A stretch of 64,000 nt of DNA from Phoronis australis (lineage: Eukaryota; Animalia; Phoronida), in assembly GCA_002633005.1 (NCBI GenBank), contig NMRA01000036.1:434001-498000 (forward strand), in the 5' to 3' direction. Position 1 is the first letter of the stretch. Each line of letters starts with the position of its first letter. A model generated the notes under the pieces. It ran no database searches and had not been told where the DNA came from. It worked only from the letters and a program-made list of their open reading frames with translations. Shown here piece after piece: positions 23,101-33,082 of the stretch. A program made the translations under genes and the position numbers.

Positions 23101-26100
23101 GGTGAAGAGTGCATTGACGTACGTTCTGACAGGCAAACCCCTGTGAGAACTGTTCTGTGCCTCATTATCTGGTGTCTGAAACTGAAAATTTCAAGTTCAG
23201 TCCAGCCATTTGCTTAACTTAGCAGAATTCTTCCACACCACCAAGAACTGATTTGACACAAGACATTTTTGAGTCATGACAGCACCATTGCTAGTTAACC
23301 CTTTGCACGTCTCAGTTGATTTGACCTGAATGTGGTTTCAAACACACCTGTTGCTCTACATCAATACCTTTTCCATGTAATTTTTCCCTAAATATCCCTA
23401 CCTTGAGAACGAGTTCTCTCTTGTCCTGAGGTATGTCACCGTGTAGAACGTGGGCTTCTTGCTTAATAGCAGAGCATGTTGCCAGTTCATCGGCGTCTCG
23501 CTTAGTCTGGCAGAAAACGATGCATCGCCCATGGTTACCGCTGTACCTCTGGACCACCAGGCCTACGGTACTGGCCCGGTCAAAGTAGCTGCACTTGATA
23601 GCCATGTGCTACAAGACACACAATTTAACTTCATAGTTGGACATTACCAGTTCACTTATTTATACCATCGTTATCAATTGGCTTGTTGACTCAGCTTGCC
23701 CACTCTCCCACAGCAGAGTAAGGATTAGGCATTAGAAAACAACTCTGAAAGGGGTATGTTACGTGTCTAGAAAGCCATTTTTGATGGATTTGGCCCACTT
23801 TACATAAAACCCTGAAAGAAACTGGTAACTCCTCAATCAATTTCTATAAATATATCATCAAGACAAAATAACATTTCCCCAAACCGGACACTAAGAGCAA
23901 GTCGCACAAAGCCAACACCGTGCATCTGATTTTTAAAATAATTGCAGGCGGTCTGGTACACGTTGTACGAGACCTGCACATGTGGGCCTATTGCACTGAT
24001 CACCTGAACCTATTTTTGTGCTTTATTAATATATAGTTAAAACTGAGCTGAGGAGCTAGAAATCTAAACACAAGTGTGACCCAGTGAGACTCAAACCCAT
24101 GACCTCAAGTAAAGAAAGCGGGCATCCATCACACTAGGCCATACATACTGCCTCCTCTAGGGTGCATCTGATTTGGTGTTGAACAAGTCTCTGGCATCAT
24201 AGATCATGTCAAATAGGAAATTACTGTGTACCGACACCAGGAATTGGCGGGAGTCTCATTGATTGAGCACAGTTTTCAGAACAGATAAGTGAGAAAACAC
24301 AATTCACTCAGACTGGTTAATATTTTTACAATTACCATTCACTGCCACACTTCCTGTTTGAAGAATTGTTGTTTTTACCAACTTCATTTCACTTTAAAGG
24401 CCAAAATGATGCTTACGATAAGTAGTACGTGCCAAAAATTCATCAAAAATCCCTTCAAAAAGAAAATGCTCTCCAAACCAACATGCTGGGTACACTGTGC
24501 CCACCTACCTGTACAGTAGTGGCGGTCCTGGTCAGCTGTTGACCAACAAGGTCAATCCTTTTGACCGAGTCCTGCTTCATGTACTTTTTGGCTGTCTCAT
24601 GCACCCACGGTGGCAGAGTGGCCGAAAACAGCAGCGTCTGGGGGTTGGAGTCGGGGGTTTCTGCAAAGAAACAAAGAGAGCATGCAAGAGGCACTCAAAT
24701 GGTAGAAAAATGACACACAGTCAAGTTCAAAGTACCACGAATCTCAAAACGGAACTTGTGACAAGAAAAATGAGCTGATTGACTAGATGGTCTAGCGGAA
24801 TTGAAAAGAGGAATCAAGACATTATTTACAAGCCACCTTACACAATAGAGTACTCCCCGGATTAGGCTTCTGACAACTGACCACTTCTTGACATTAATCA
24901 GTTTCAATGGGCAATGTCCAATTATTGTAGTCCAAAGTAATTTGAACCAATGAAGACTTTGTTAACGATGTTGATGCCTTTTCACGAACAGGTCGTGGAA
25001 CATTTAAACAGATCGGGAGTACAGCCAAAAAGGTCACTGCGACATGTTAAAAGCGGCCGCAGAGAACACTGTCTTGGGAAGAATCACCAAGAGCTGACTT
25101 ACAGTAATTCTTCAATCCGCACAAAAATAATTACGGAAAAAATAGTCAGTACTCAATTTTTTAAAGGCTGCTTATCTTGATGCAAATAGTGAAAATTTAC
25201 AAAAATATTGTTTTATGACATCTAATCAAGTCAAATTAAGCAAATAGTAGATTAGAAAGTTTTTACTTTTGTTGCAAATTTGACAAAAAAGATGTTCACT
25301 TCACCACAGTATTGTGTGCTAAATAGTTGAAGCATTACCACAGTATCCTTTTCATTGGGTCAACAGAAACAACGCTACACAATTGGACACAGTTTGCGCA
25401 GCGCGTGCAATGACAATTACGCACTCAAATATACCAGTGTTGTAGCCGACCTGCAAGATTTCTCTGATGTAAACTCACACTCAAACATACCTGTGTTGTA
25501 GCCGGCCTGCAGGATTTCTCCGACACTCTCGGCGAAGCCCATGTCTAACATCTGATCCACTTCGTCCAAGACCACGTGTTTGAGCTGCGACAGGTCCAGT
25601 GTTCCCTTTTGTACATAGTCCAGTATACGGCCAGGAGTGCCAACCAGGATGTCCAAACCATTTCGAATGGCCGACTCTGAAGAGTGATTAGACATGTGTG
25701 AGAGATTGCTTCATTTATATGCAGATAAATGGAAGGAAAATTTACTTCATAGTTACACTCTAAAAGTGACCGACAAAAAACTTTTTCGTGCTTCACAAAA
25801 TCTTCTGAATTTGTCATTCACGCAGTTATTGAAACAAAGACCATAGTCTGCAGCAGATGACCAGCAAAAATCATTGCAGACTAACAGACCATGAATTATC
25901 TTACCCTGAGGTCCATAGGGGGTGCCACCGTAGATACAGAACACCGACAGATTGTCAGATATGGACTCAAAGTCGTCCATAACTTGCTTGGCGAGCTCGC
26001 GAGTGGGCGCCATTACCAACACCTGGTAAAAGAGCAATCACAAGAACTGCAAACAAACTGCCAACTCTTGACATCAATCATTAAAACCTTCCACTGCAAA

Positions 26101-29100
26101 AATTCTCCAGTATATAAGAGTGAAAAATGAATTATTTTGACCACAGTCGTACCCAGTACCAAAATTAGAAATGGACATTATTGGCCATCCTAAATTCAAC
26201 ATTTAAAAGAGACAGAAAATTTACCTATTCTGAATTCTGTTTAGTAGGCAGTTTCCACAATTTTATCTTACTGCACTGACACAAAATGAAGTGCCTAATA
26301 CTTTAGAAGTATGATTAACATCAAAACTGACATGTTACAATCTTCATTTGGCTAGAATTTCAGTGTTCCAAATTTTGGAGGTTGCCCCAAACTGAGGACA
26401 TTTTCCAATACATGGACCTTGTGCACACATGATGACAGATGAACACAGTAATGATTAGAGAATGGCCACTGAGTCTTGCTCAACTTTAAGAAACATAGAA
26501 GTGTTTCCATTTACAACAATTATGAGGCTTCCAACCACACAATATTGATAAACAAATTTCTCGATGATAAATTTAAAACAAATGCCACACAGTTCTAGCA
26601 GAGAACCAGCCAAGGTAGGTAGGAAAGCACCTAAGAGAATGTTATTACATAACCACAGATACTATTCACAGATTAGCTTAACATATTATGATAACTCCTG
26701 ATATACCGCAAGATTGACCAAGCAGGTTGTGGAAAATCACCTTTCATACGGCTTGATATGAGTAGTTGCTATTTGCGATATGACCAATCAGACACTTCAG
26801 AAACCATAAACCCTGACTACACGGCGAGCAGACAACGCCAGAACATAAAAGTAGGTAATAACAGATGGGAAGAAAAAAAGCATCAGTAGCTGTGTAATAA
26901 AACGAATAAAGACTGGTCCCTCAAGTCATATGAACCTTTGGAGAGCACTATTGCTCTTCCTTGGTCCATATGACCTGATATCACCCTTGGGATCAGTCTA
27001 TATTGTACAACAGTCTATAACCCTTTGATATGCTGAAGAAGGTTGTTTAGTTTTTAAAGATTTGGACTGGCCCAACTTTCTGAAATTTGACCTATATATA
27101 ATGAGACAACAGAGAAAAATGAAAAAAAAAACAGATTTATGCAAATTAACACCACACCTTTGGTGACCTGCCACGTTTCCTGTCGTGTGTGTTTTCCTGT
27201 AATCTCTCAACCAGAGGAAGTGCAAAGGAAAGCTGAAAAAGACGTATACATTAATGTATCCCATTTCTGGAAAACAACATTCATAAGACATTTGGTAAAT
27301 TGACATCTTGATAGTCAATGCTACAGAACCATACATATACAAACAACTTGAAAGTATTCACAACAATGAAAGCTAACTCACGTGACTAAGCAAAGAAAAG
27401 GAGGAACTTAGAGCTTACCGTTTTTCCTGTTCCAGTCCCTGAAGAAAAAAGATGGAAGATTTAGAGGAGAGCCAACAATGGTATTTGGGCAATGCGGTAC
27501 ACCAATGAACATTATTCCAAGCCCCAAAGAGATTGTTATTACTCAGTAACAAAAGCATTTGCAATTTCGGAACTAATACCAGCAAAATACAACTATAGTA
27601 GATACTTACTAGCTTGGGCAATTAAGTCTGATCCTTGTTGAATAAAATCAAATGTCTTTGCCTGAATCGGAAATAAGTACTTCACACCACGAGCTAAAAG
27701 AGAAAACGCCATATTGAAGACTGAAGAAGAAATAGACACGTCCTGAAATAGTACAGCACCACTCTAATATAGATGTAATTACCCACAATGCAACACGTGT
27801 CAAGATCAAGAAATATTCACAAGATTATAAATTGGTTTGTTTCATTAAAACGCATCACGTGGCCAAGTTCTAATATTCACCCAGCCACCCAAAGGCAGAG
27901 GTTTACCTAACAACTTTTCCTTGGTTACATCAGAGATGGAGAACTTCTCTAGAGCACCTTCCTGCTCTTCTACAGACAACTCGGCATCTTCTTTTGATGA
28001 TCCACTGTTCGACTGCTGGTCATCTTCAGGCTCCTTCTCGCACATCTTCGGCTTCTTAGAATCTGACACTGCTTCATCATTTTCGCTTTCTAGCTTTCTT
28101 TTTGACGATTTTTGAGATTTCTCTCCAGCTTCTGAGGCCTTCTCGTCTCCACTATCTTGTTTAGTTTTGTTCTTCTTCTTCTTCTTCTTCTTTGGAGTCT
28201 GTTCCTCATTGGCATTGCCGTTTTGTTCAAAAGCTTCATCCTTCTCAGTTTCTTTCTTTTTCTAAAACCACAAAAGGAATAAACATACTGTTAATACACT
28301 TCTACTTCAGTCTAGATAGCAGATCAGTGCTCAACGTCGTATTTCCTGGCACGAATATTGTATGAATGGCCAGTTGCCAATTTGGGCAACTGAACAAAGG
28401 ACAGCTAAAAAAGGTTGATTACAGTATCTGTTCGAGATGGAATGAATTAAATATGTCGACAGCCTCCTAAGTTATTCCTACATGTGCAAAAGCTACTTAT
28501 GGCAACATAACTTTGATGGTTTAATCAGTAATTGGCATAATTGAAGATATGAAGAGGTAAATGTAAAGAAATGACACCATACCAGGGGCGGATTCAGGAT
28601 TTTGAGTTGGGGGGGNTATTAGCCAAGATTTTGCCATACAGACATTCTCACTTCCGAACTACCAGATGGAATCCGGGAGAAATTTAGGGGGGGGGCATGG
28701 CCCCTGAGCCGCCCCCCCAAATTCGACATTTCATACCACCGGCCGCCACACGAATTTCGTGTTAGATTTTATCTGGTCAGTTTTTTGGTCACATCGGTGA
28801 AAAATGTATATTTAGTATAGAGCTTTGTGCAAAGGCTAGGGTTAGTATAGTTGATAGACAGTGAGCATCATCTGTAGCTAGCAAGTATTGCCATTGGCAG
28901 TAGATTAGAAGCTTCTACTTTGTTCTAGTACTAGTATTTAAGAGCTACACCGTCTCTACTGTTCCTATAGTAGCGAGGACAGCATTCTTCAGCGAATCGC
29001 TTCGAGTATCTGTCACCGTGTTAAATTCGCTCACTACAATCGGCAAAAAATAACTCAAAAATGTAATAAATGTGAATANCATCAATACATTTTTGAAATG

Positions 29101-30306
29101 ATGTTTGTTTATCTTTGATTTCTACTTAATGTAATTGAGTGACAAAGTTAAGCCGGTTGCAAACAGCATGATTGTTAAAAACAATATCACAAATAATAGT
29201 AATAATTTGCTCAACCAATTATCAAGTTTCAACTTTCCTGATAAAAAATCTTTAAAATGATACCTTATTTGTTTTTTTTCCTGGAGTAATTGTTATTTTA
29301 TGAAAATTCGAAATCGCAAAATTGTACGTAGTGACTTCTCTTTGTCGGCTGTGTTGACTTTAAGGTCAATATCTTCGCACAGGAACGTCTAATCGAAATG
29401 GGTTTTTTGGCAAATTATTCATCATAAAAAGTTCTTTAAAATGATGTATTACATGTCTTTTCACGTTTCTTAGTTTTGAAATAATAATATTTTGAACTCG
29501 CGGATTCGATTTGACAGAATTTTTACCAAAAAATTTGACACGAAAATGACATTTTCTCCGGAACCATAAGTCCAATTTAAAAAATTTTACTATCGTAATT
29601 TTAGTCTCGAAAAGAGCTTTCTAATGATGTATATTACATGCACATTTTCTAAAATTTTTGAAAAATGCTGTCCTCCCTACCTATAGGAGCTTCACCATCT
29701 CCACTGCTCCTATAGGAGCTTCGTATGCCAGAAGCTTTTTGGTGAATTATGCCTCACACTCACTACAACATAAGTCACATTGTTAAAAGTACCTTTTACT
29801 CATTAATACTTCCAACTCGGAACAAATAGTTGTCAGTGTATGCGCATGAGGTATTCTATAACAACGTGACTTTGATGTTTTAGTCGAAGTGAGGCATAAT
29901 TCGCCAAAAAACTTTCGGCGTATGAAGGAGCTTCACAGTCTCTATTTAGCCAGCTAGAGATGGTGGTCAGTACTAGACTGAGACTGAGTAGTGAGTAGGT
30001 AACCAGCCTCCCGTTCAATAACGCTAGGACCTCGCAAAAACGCAAGACGTCGTGAGATTACGTGAGATATTGCCGTGTGTTTCAAATGAGAGCACGTGAC
30101 TTAGGCTAGATTTTAGCTACTGGTCCAAGGCCAAGCGCAGGTCCTGGGTTACTGAACGTTAGGCAATGACCATCGCTAGACTTGCCAAGTGCAAAATTTA
30201 AAATCACCTTTTCTTTCTTGATTTTTTTATCCTTTTTTACAGTATCGTCTACAGGTTGTATCTTTTCTGTCATTTCAACGTCTTCTTTCACCAGCTTTCC
30301 AGGCAT
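16783..30306 (-). CDS. DDX21: Nucleolar RNA helicase 2 (DDX21/DDX50 family DEAD-box helicase), 15 coding exons, about 750 aa
   Basis: Exons (minus): 30306-30208, 28261-27907, 27693-27610, 27438-27419, 27232-27158, 26022-25905, 25676-25491, 24660-24509, 23608-23402, 22007-21903, 21432-21313, 20119-20046, 19584-19425, 18660-18526, 17145-16783. All introns GT-AG and in frame (2253 nt). Motifs: [53 protein letters not shown], a GUCT region and an RGG/FRGGR tail. Confidence 0.95.
17386..17520 (-). CDS. DDX21: Duplicate of DDX21 exon 14 (copy A)
   Basis: Same peptide as 18526-18660; synonymous differences only. Confidence 0.6.
18107..18266 (-). CDS. DDX21: Duplicate of DDX21 exon 13 (copy A, probable assembly duplication)
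   Basis: Appears identical to 19425-19584. Confidence 0.5.
18526..18660 (-). CDS. DDX21: DDX21 exon 14 (copy B, GUCT domain)
   Basis: [28 protein letters not shown]...CKDKM. Confidence 0.8.
19425..19584 (-). CDS. DDX21: DDX21 exon 13 (copy B)
   Basis: [53 protein letters not shown]. Confidence 0.85.
20046..20119 (-). CDS. DDX21: DDX21 exon 12
   Basis: [24 protein letters not shown]. Confidence 0.9.
20294..21117. mobile_element. MITE, PIF/Harbinger-like
   Basis: TIRs GGGCTGTTCCAGTAAAATCCGTGTGGGAGGGGG and CCCCCTCCCATACAGATTTTGCTGGAACAGCCC; flanks TAA and CAA (degenerate 3-bp TSD). Confidence 0.8.
21313..21432 (-). CDS. DDX21: DDX21 exon 11 (motif VI)
   Basis: [25 protein letters not shown]. 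Confidence 0.95.
21903..22007 (-). CDS. DDX21: DDX21 exon 10 (motif V)
   Basis: [35 protein letters not shown]. Confidence 0.95.
22515..22785 (+). mobile_element. Fragment of a hAT-like non-autonomous element
   Basis: Begins CAGGGCTCGA, with repeated caggtcgca motifs and the palindrome ggtcgcattttgcgacc. A matching right end (ggtcgcattt...gagccctg) lies at about 31443-31487. Truncated by the N at 22786. Confidence 0.45.
23402..23608 (-). CDS. DDX21: DDX21 exon 9 (motif IV)
   Basis: HMAIKC...RCIVFCQTK...[15 protein letters not shown]. Confidence 0.95.
23940..24156 (-). mobile_element. Degenerate tRNA-derived SINE
   Basis: The minus strand reads TGGCCTAGTGT (A box, 24141-24131) and GGTTTGAGTC (B box, 24097-24088) at tRNA-like spacing; there is no intact cloverleaf. 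Confidence 0.55.
24509..24660 (-). CDS. DDX21: DDX21 exon 8 (motif III)
   Basis: [15 protein letters not shown]...TATTVQ. Confidence 0.95.
24790..24885 (+). repeat. Interspersed repeat shared with 35035-35155
   Basis: tctagcggaattgaaaaga...atttacaagc..cttacac...ggattag.cttYtgacaactgacca occurs in both places. Confidence 0.7.
25491..25676 (-). CDS. DDX21: DDX21 exon 7 (motifs Ib and II)
   Basis: [11 protein letters not shown]...[14 protein letters not shown]. Confidence 0.95.
25905..26022 (-). CDS. DDX21: DDX21 exon 6 (motif Ia)
   Basis: [14 protein letters not shown]...[11 protein letters not shown]. Confidence 0.95.
27158..27232 (-). CDS. DDX21: DDX21 exon 5
   Basis: [25 protein letters not shown]. 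Confidence 0.9.
27419..27438 (-). CDS. DDX21: DDX21 exon 4, 20-nt microexon (motif I)
   Basis: ttttttcttcag|GGACTGGAACAGGAAAAACG|gtaagc encodes (R)TGTGKT. Confidence 0.9.
27610..27693 (-). CDS. DDX21: DDX21 exon 3 (Q motif)
   Basis: [27 protein letters not shown]. Confidence 0.92.
27907..28261 (-). CDS. DDX21: DDX21 exon 2 (Lys/Glu-rich N-terminal region)
   Basis: ...[10 protein letters not shown]...[21 protein letters not shown]; bounded by AG and GT. Confidence 0.9.
28965..29686. mobile_element. ~720-bp MITE (DNA transposon derivative)
   Basis: TIRs ctatagtagcgaggacagcatt (28965-28986) and aatgctgtcctccctacctatag (29664-29686); AT-rich internal subrepeats (aaatgatgtattacatg). Confidence 0.7.
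30208..30306 (-). CDS. DDX21: DDX21 coding exon 1
   Basis: [10 protein letters not shown]...KKIKKEK, then GTGATT donor. Confidence 0.8.
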
Positions 30307-30339
30307 GGACCCGTCTTGATTGTTTAATTTCAGAAAATC

Positions 30340-30630
30340 GCTAAGAACTTTCACATGTATTGCACGTGGAAATTTTGCTCTTCAGCAAGTGAAACCAATA
30401 AATGACCGGAAGTGACGCACCGCGAATCTGCACATGCGCTCCACGTCATATGCGACAACGAAGAAATGATCTGCAGAGATGTCAACTTTTTTAGTGTATT
30501 GTGGCCGTAAACCTTTGAATATTGCGATTATACTTTGAGATATAAGATATGACACATCAGTTGATACTGAATGTTAATTTTGGAATTTGAAGGTCAAAAC
30601 AGACGTCTACCCTTAGGACCTTGGGTAAGT
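30340..30630. promoter_or_regulatory. Putative bidirectional promoter for DDX21 and GBF1
   Basis: E-box CACGTG 30363-30368, CCAAT 30395-30399, ETS-CRE overlap CCGGAAGTGACGCA 30406-30419, NRF1-like TGCACATGCGC 30429-30439, CACGTCA 30442-30448. A + strand donor GTAAGT at 30625 is a candidate end of a non-coding GBF1 exon 1. Confidence 0.65.
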
Positions 30631-30964
30631 TAGTGCTCGTGTAAGAAGAGGTGTAGTCGTGTAGTGTGTGACTGTGTAAGACGTCGTCTCGTAACCAGAA
30701 CTTTGAAGTCAGTTCAAGTTCAGTGTTGCATTCGTTTCAGTTTCAGAACACTGAGACCATCATACTTTATTTGATGTGTAACTCGAAAGCTAACCAATCA
30801 CCTGGAATACTTTGTAAGTTTGAGAATACAAGGATAATCAATGCTGGCATCGGATTGTAACAGTAACCTTTTTAATTTTACCTGATGCGGTTTGTGGAGT
30901 TTCGAATCAAGTCTTGAATAAATGTCAGTGGCTCTGGGGTTCCAATAGGTAGATAAGGCCAGGG

Positions 30965-31030
30965 AACCGATGTGGAACCTCAGATTTTGTTTGATGACAT
31001 GAGAAAAATTCCAAGTTGTTATGAAGTCAC
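30965..31030 (-). repeat. Interspersed repeat shared (inverted) with 42200-42262
   Basis: rc gtgacttcataacaacttggaatttttctcatgtcatcaaacaaaatctgagg resembles gacgacttcatggcaacttgggatttttcccacgtcgccaaacgcaatctaagg. Confidence 0.65.
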
Positions 31031-32980
31031 CACACACACACACCCACATTCGAAGAGTGGAGCAAGCAGGAGGCGAGAGTCGGAATTGCTCGACAAAAAC
31101 AGAAGGTCCCATTCATGACGGACAATGTGTCCTAATTTTCTGCTTCTCATGTAGGTAGGAGGTGGGCCTGTGTGGGATATTGGGCACAGGGAAGTGGGAA
31201 TCTGTCCATATGGAGTGGAGCACAACCTATTTTTTGTTTGAGTAAAAGTTAAAAGGGAAAAGGCCACTCAGTGATGTTGTTTATTCTGGTAGACGTTTTG
31301 TCAGTTCTCTGGTTATCCATTACAGTATATTTTGTGTTTTGTGTTTGATTACTACAAACTACATGTTGTCAGGTCTTTCGCTTGAACCTCAGCTTCCTTT
31401 TTTGTGATCTTATTTCTCATTTGGTGACCTAGGAATTTTACTAGGTCGCATTTGGCATGTTGACATGATGTTAAAGACTGAGCCCTGGTCATGTGTCCCG
31501 GTTTTTAACCATCAGGTACTTTCAAGAAGGAACAGGGGTTGATTGCGAGGGACTGTTGACTGTTATCGCCACCGGACTGTGCCAGGAGGTGGCATAGCAG
31601 AACATTTTTGACTTGGTGAGAAGTCACTTTTACAGCGATTAGATGTTTTAAGCAAATTTTAAAGTGAAATTTTCTCCTCGTCCTTGAAAAGTTGCTCTCA
31701 GTTAATATCTGTTCCCATGTGATCAGTCGCCACATTGCTTCTTGAAAGTCTCCCATTGAATTTATATATTAAAGACTCTTCATGAGCAAAAGTTTTCTAA
31801 ACAATATCAGCGTGTCAACAGTTTGTTGCATATAAATTGCAGACTAGCGAGTTGCATATGTCTAGGCTTCTGCATTTCTCATACTTAAGGGCGGAAATGT
31901 ATTTTCAGCTCCTGTCTTGCAAGCGAAGTGGTGTCCTGCTTCCATCGGGTGGTGTGGGTGCCTACTTCAAAAATAGTCTGGAATTTGAGAGCTGAATTCT
32001 TGCATTTTGCATCACTCTGGGTAAAAAATAAACACAGAGAACAGCTGGCAAGAAATTCATGTTAACTTGTTAAAACTGGTCTTATCGTAGAGTGAACTGG
32101 AAGGTATTTATGTTGTTCTGAAAAATTTAGCTGATAAAATTCTAGAACTCAATCTTGTGTGTCACATTTGAGGGGTATGAAATGTAGCCCTATTTATATC
32201 TAATGTTAAGTTGTGAGCTGTTTTAAGTGAAAATGATAACTGATTATGTACAAGAATTTTGCTTTTAAATTTTACTTTTTGAGAACATTGAACCACAATC
32301 TTCTAAGAGCAACTTATGCTGAGCAATGAATGAGGTGGCCATCACCTTGACATGTATGTGACAATTTTTTAAAAAGTTAAAGCTTTAAAGTTCTATAAAC
32401 CAGCCTTCTGTCAAAAATAGATTTGTTTATTGTTAGAAAACTGTTCTTAGTTTGTTCTTCATCAGGTTAGAAGAGATTTTTGAATTTCGGAAGAACTGAG
32501 ACAATGTAGCAGATGCTTTGAAATATTTGACTTAATGCAAAAGACGTTTGAATTGTCTTTCTTCCTATTCCTATATTTTGGTAGTTTCATGGTGAGCTGA
32601 CCGAGTCTCGACAGTCTTAAAAACGTGGACCACTTTTTCTGTGTTTTTACCCAGTATGGTCTTAGAACTTTGTTCAGTGTTATGCAGCTTTGAGTACTAG
32701 AAATGGGATCTGGAAATGGGCTGAACCTACAGGCCACAAATCCTCAACGTTAATTACGGTAATCCTGAATAAAACATGTTAACCCAGTAGTGGTGTATGT
32801 TCTCTGATCAACACCCATATAAAGTGGGTGGAGAATAATTACAAGATTTTCATTAGTTTGTAATACATAAAGTGCTTAAATTGAGAAACTCGTAATCATG
32901 GGTTGGGTGGAGCTCGTATGTCAAATGGCATTGAGCCTTTTGTATTATCATTTTCAAGGATTTCCTGTGGATTTCCGAAG

Positions 32981-33082
32981 ATGTCGTCCCCAAAGAATGG
33001 AATCTACATCATTGCTGGGGAGATTTCCCTGGTTGTCATGGCAATGAAAAGAAGCTCTCGGTACAATTCTCACAGTCATCAG
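32981..33082 (+). CDS. GBF1: GBF1 coding exon 1
   Basis: [34 protein letters not shown]; the acceptor at 32957-32958 implies an upstream non-coding exon. Confidence 0.9.

Noticed and set aside
24075-24150. tRNA gene
   Set aside because: The A and B boxes are degenerate and there is no proper cloverleaf; treated as a SINE head.
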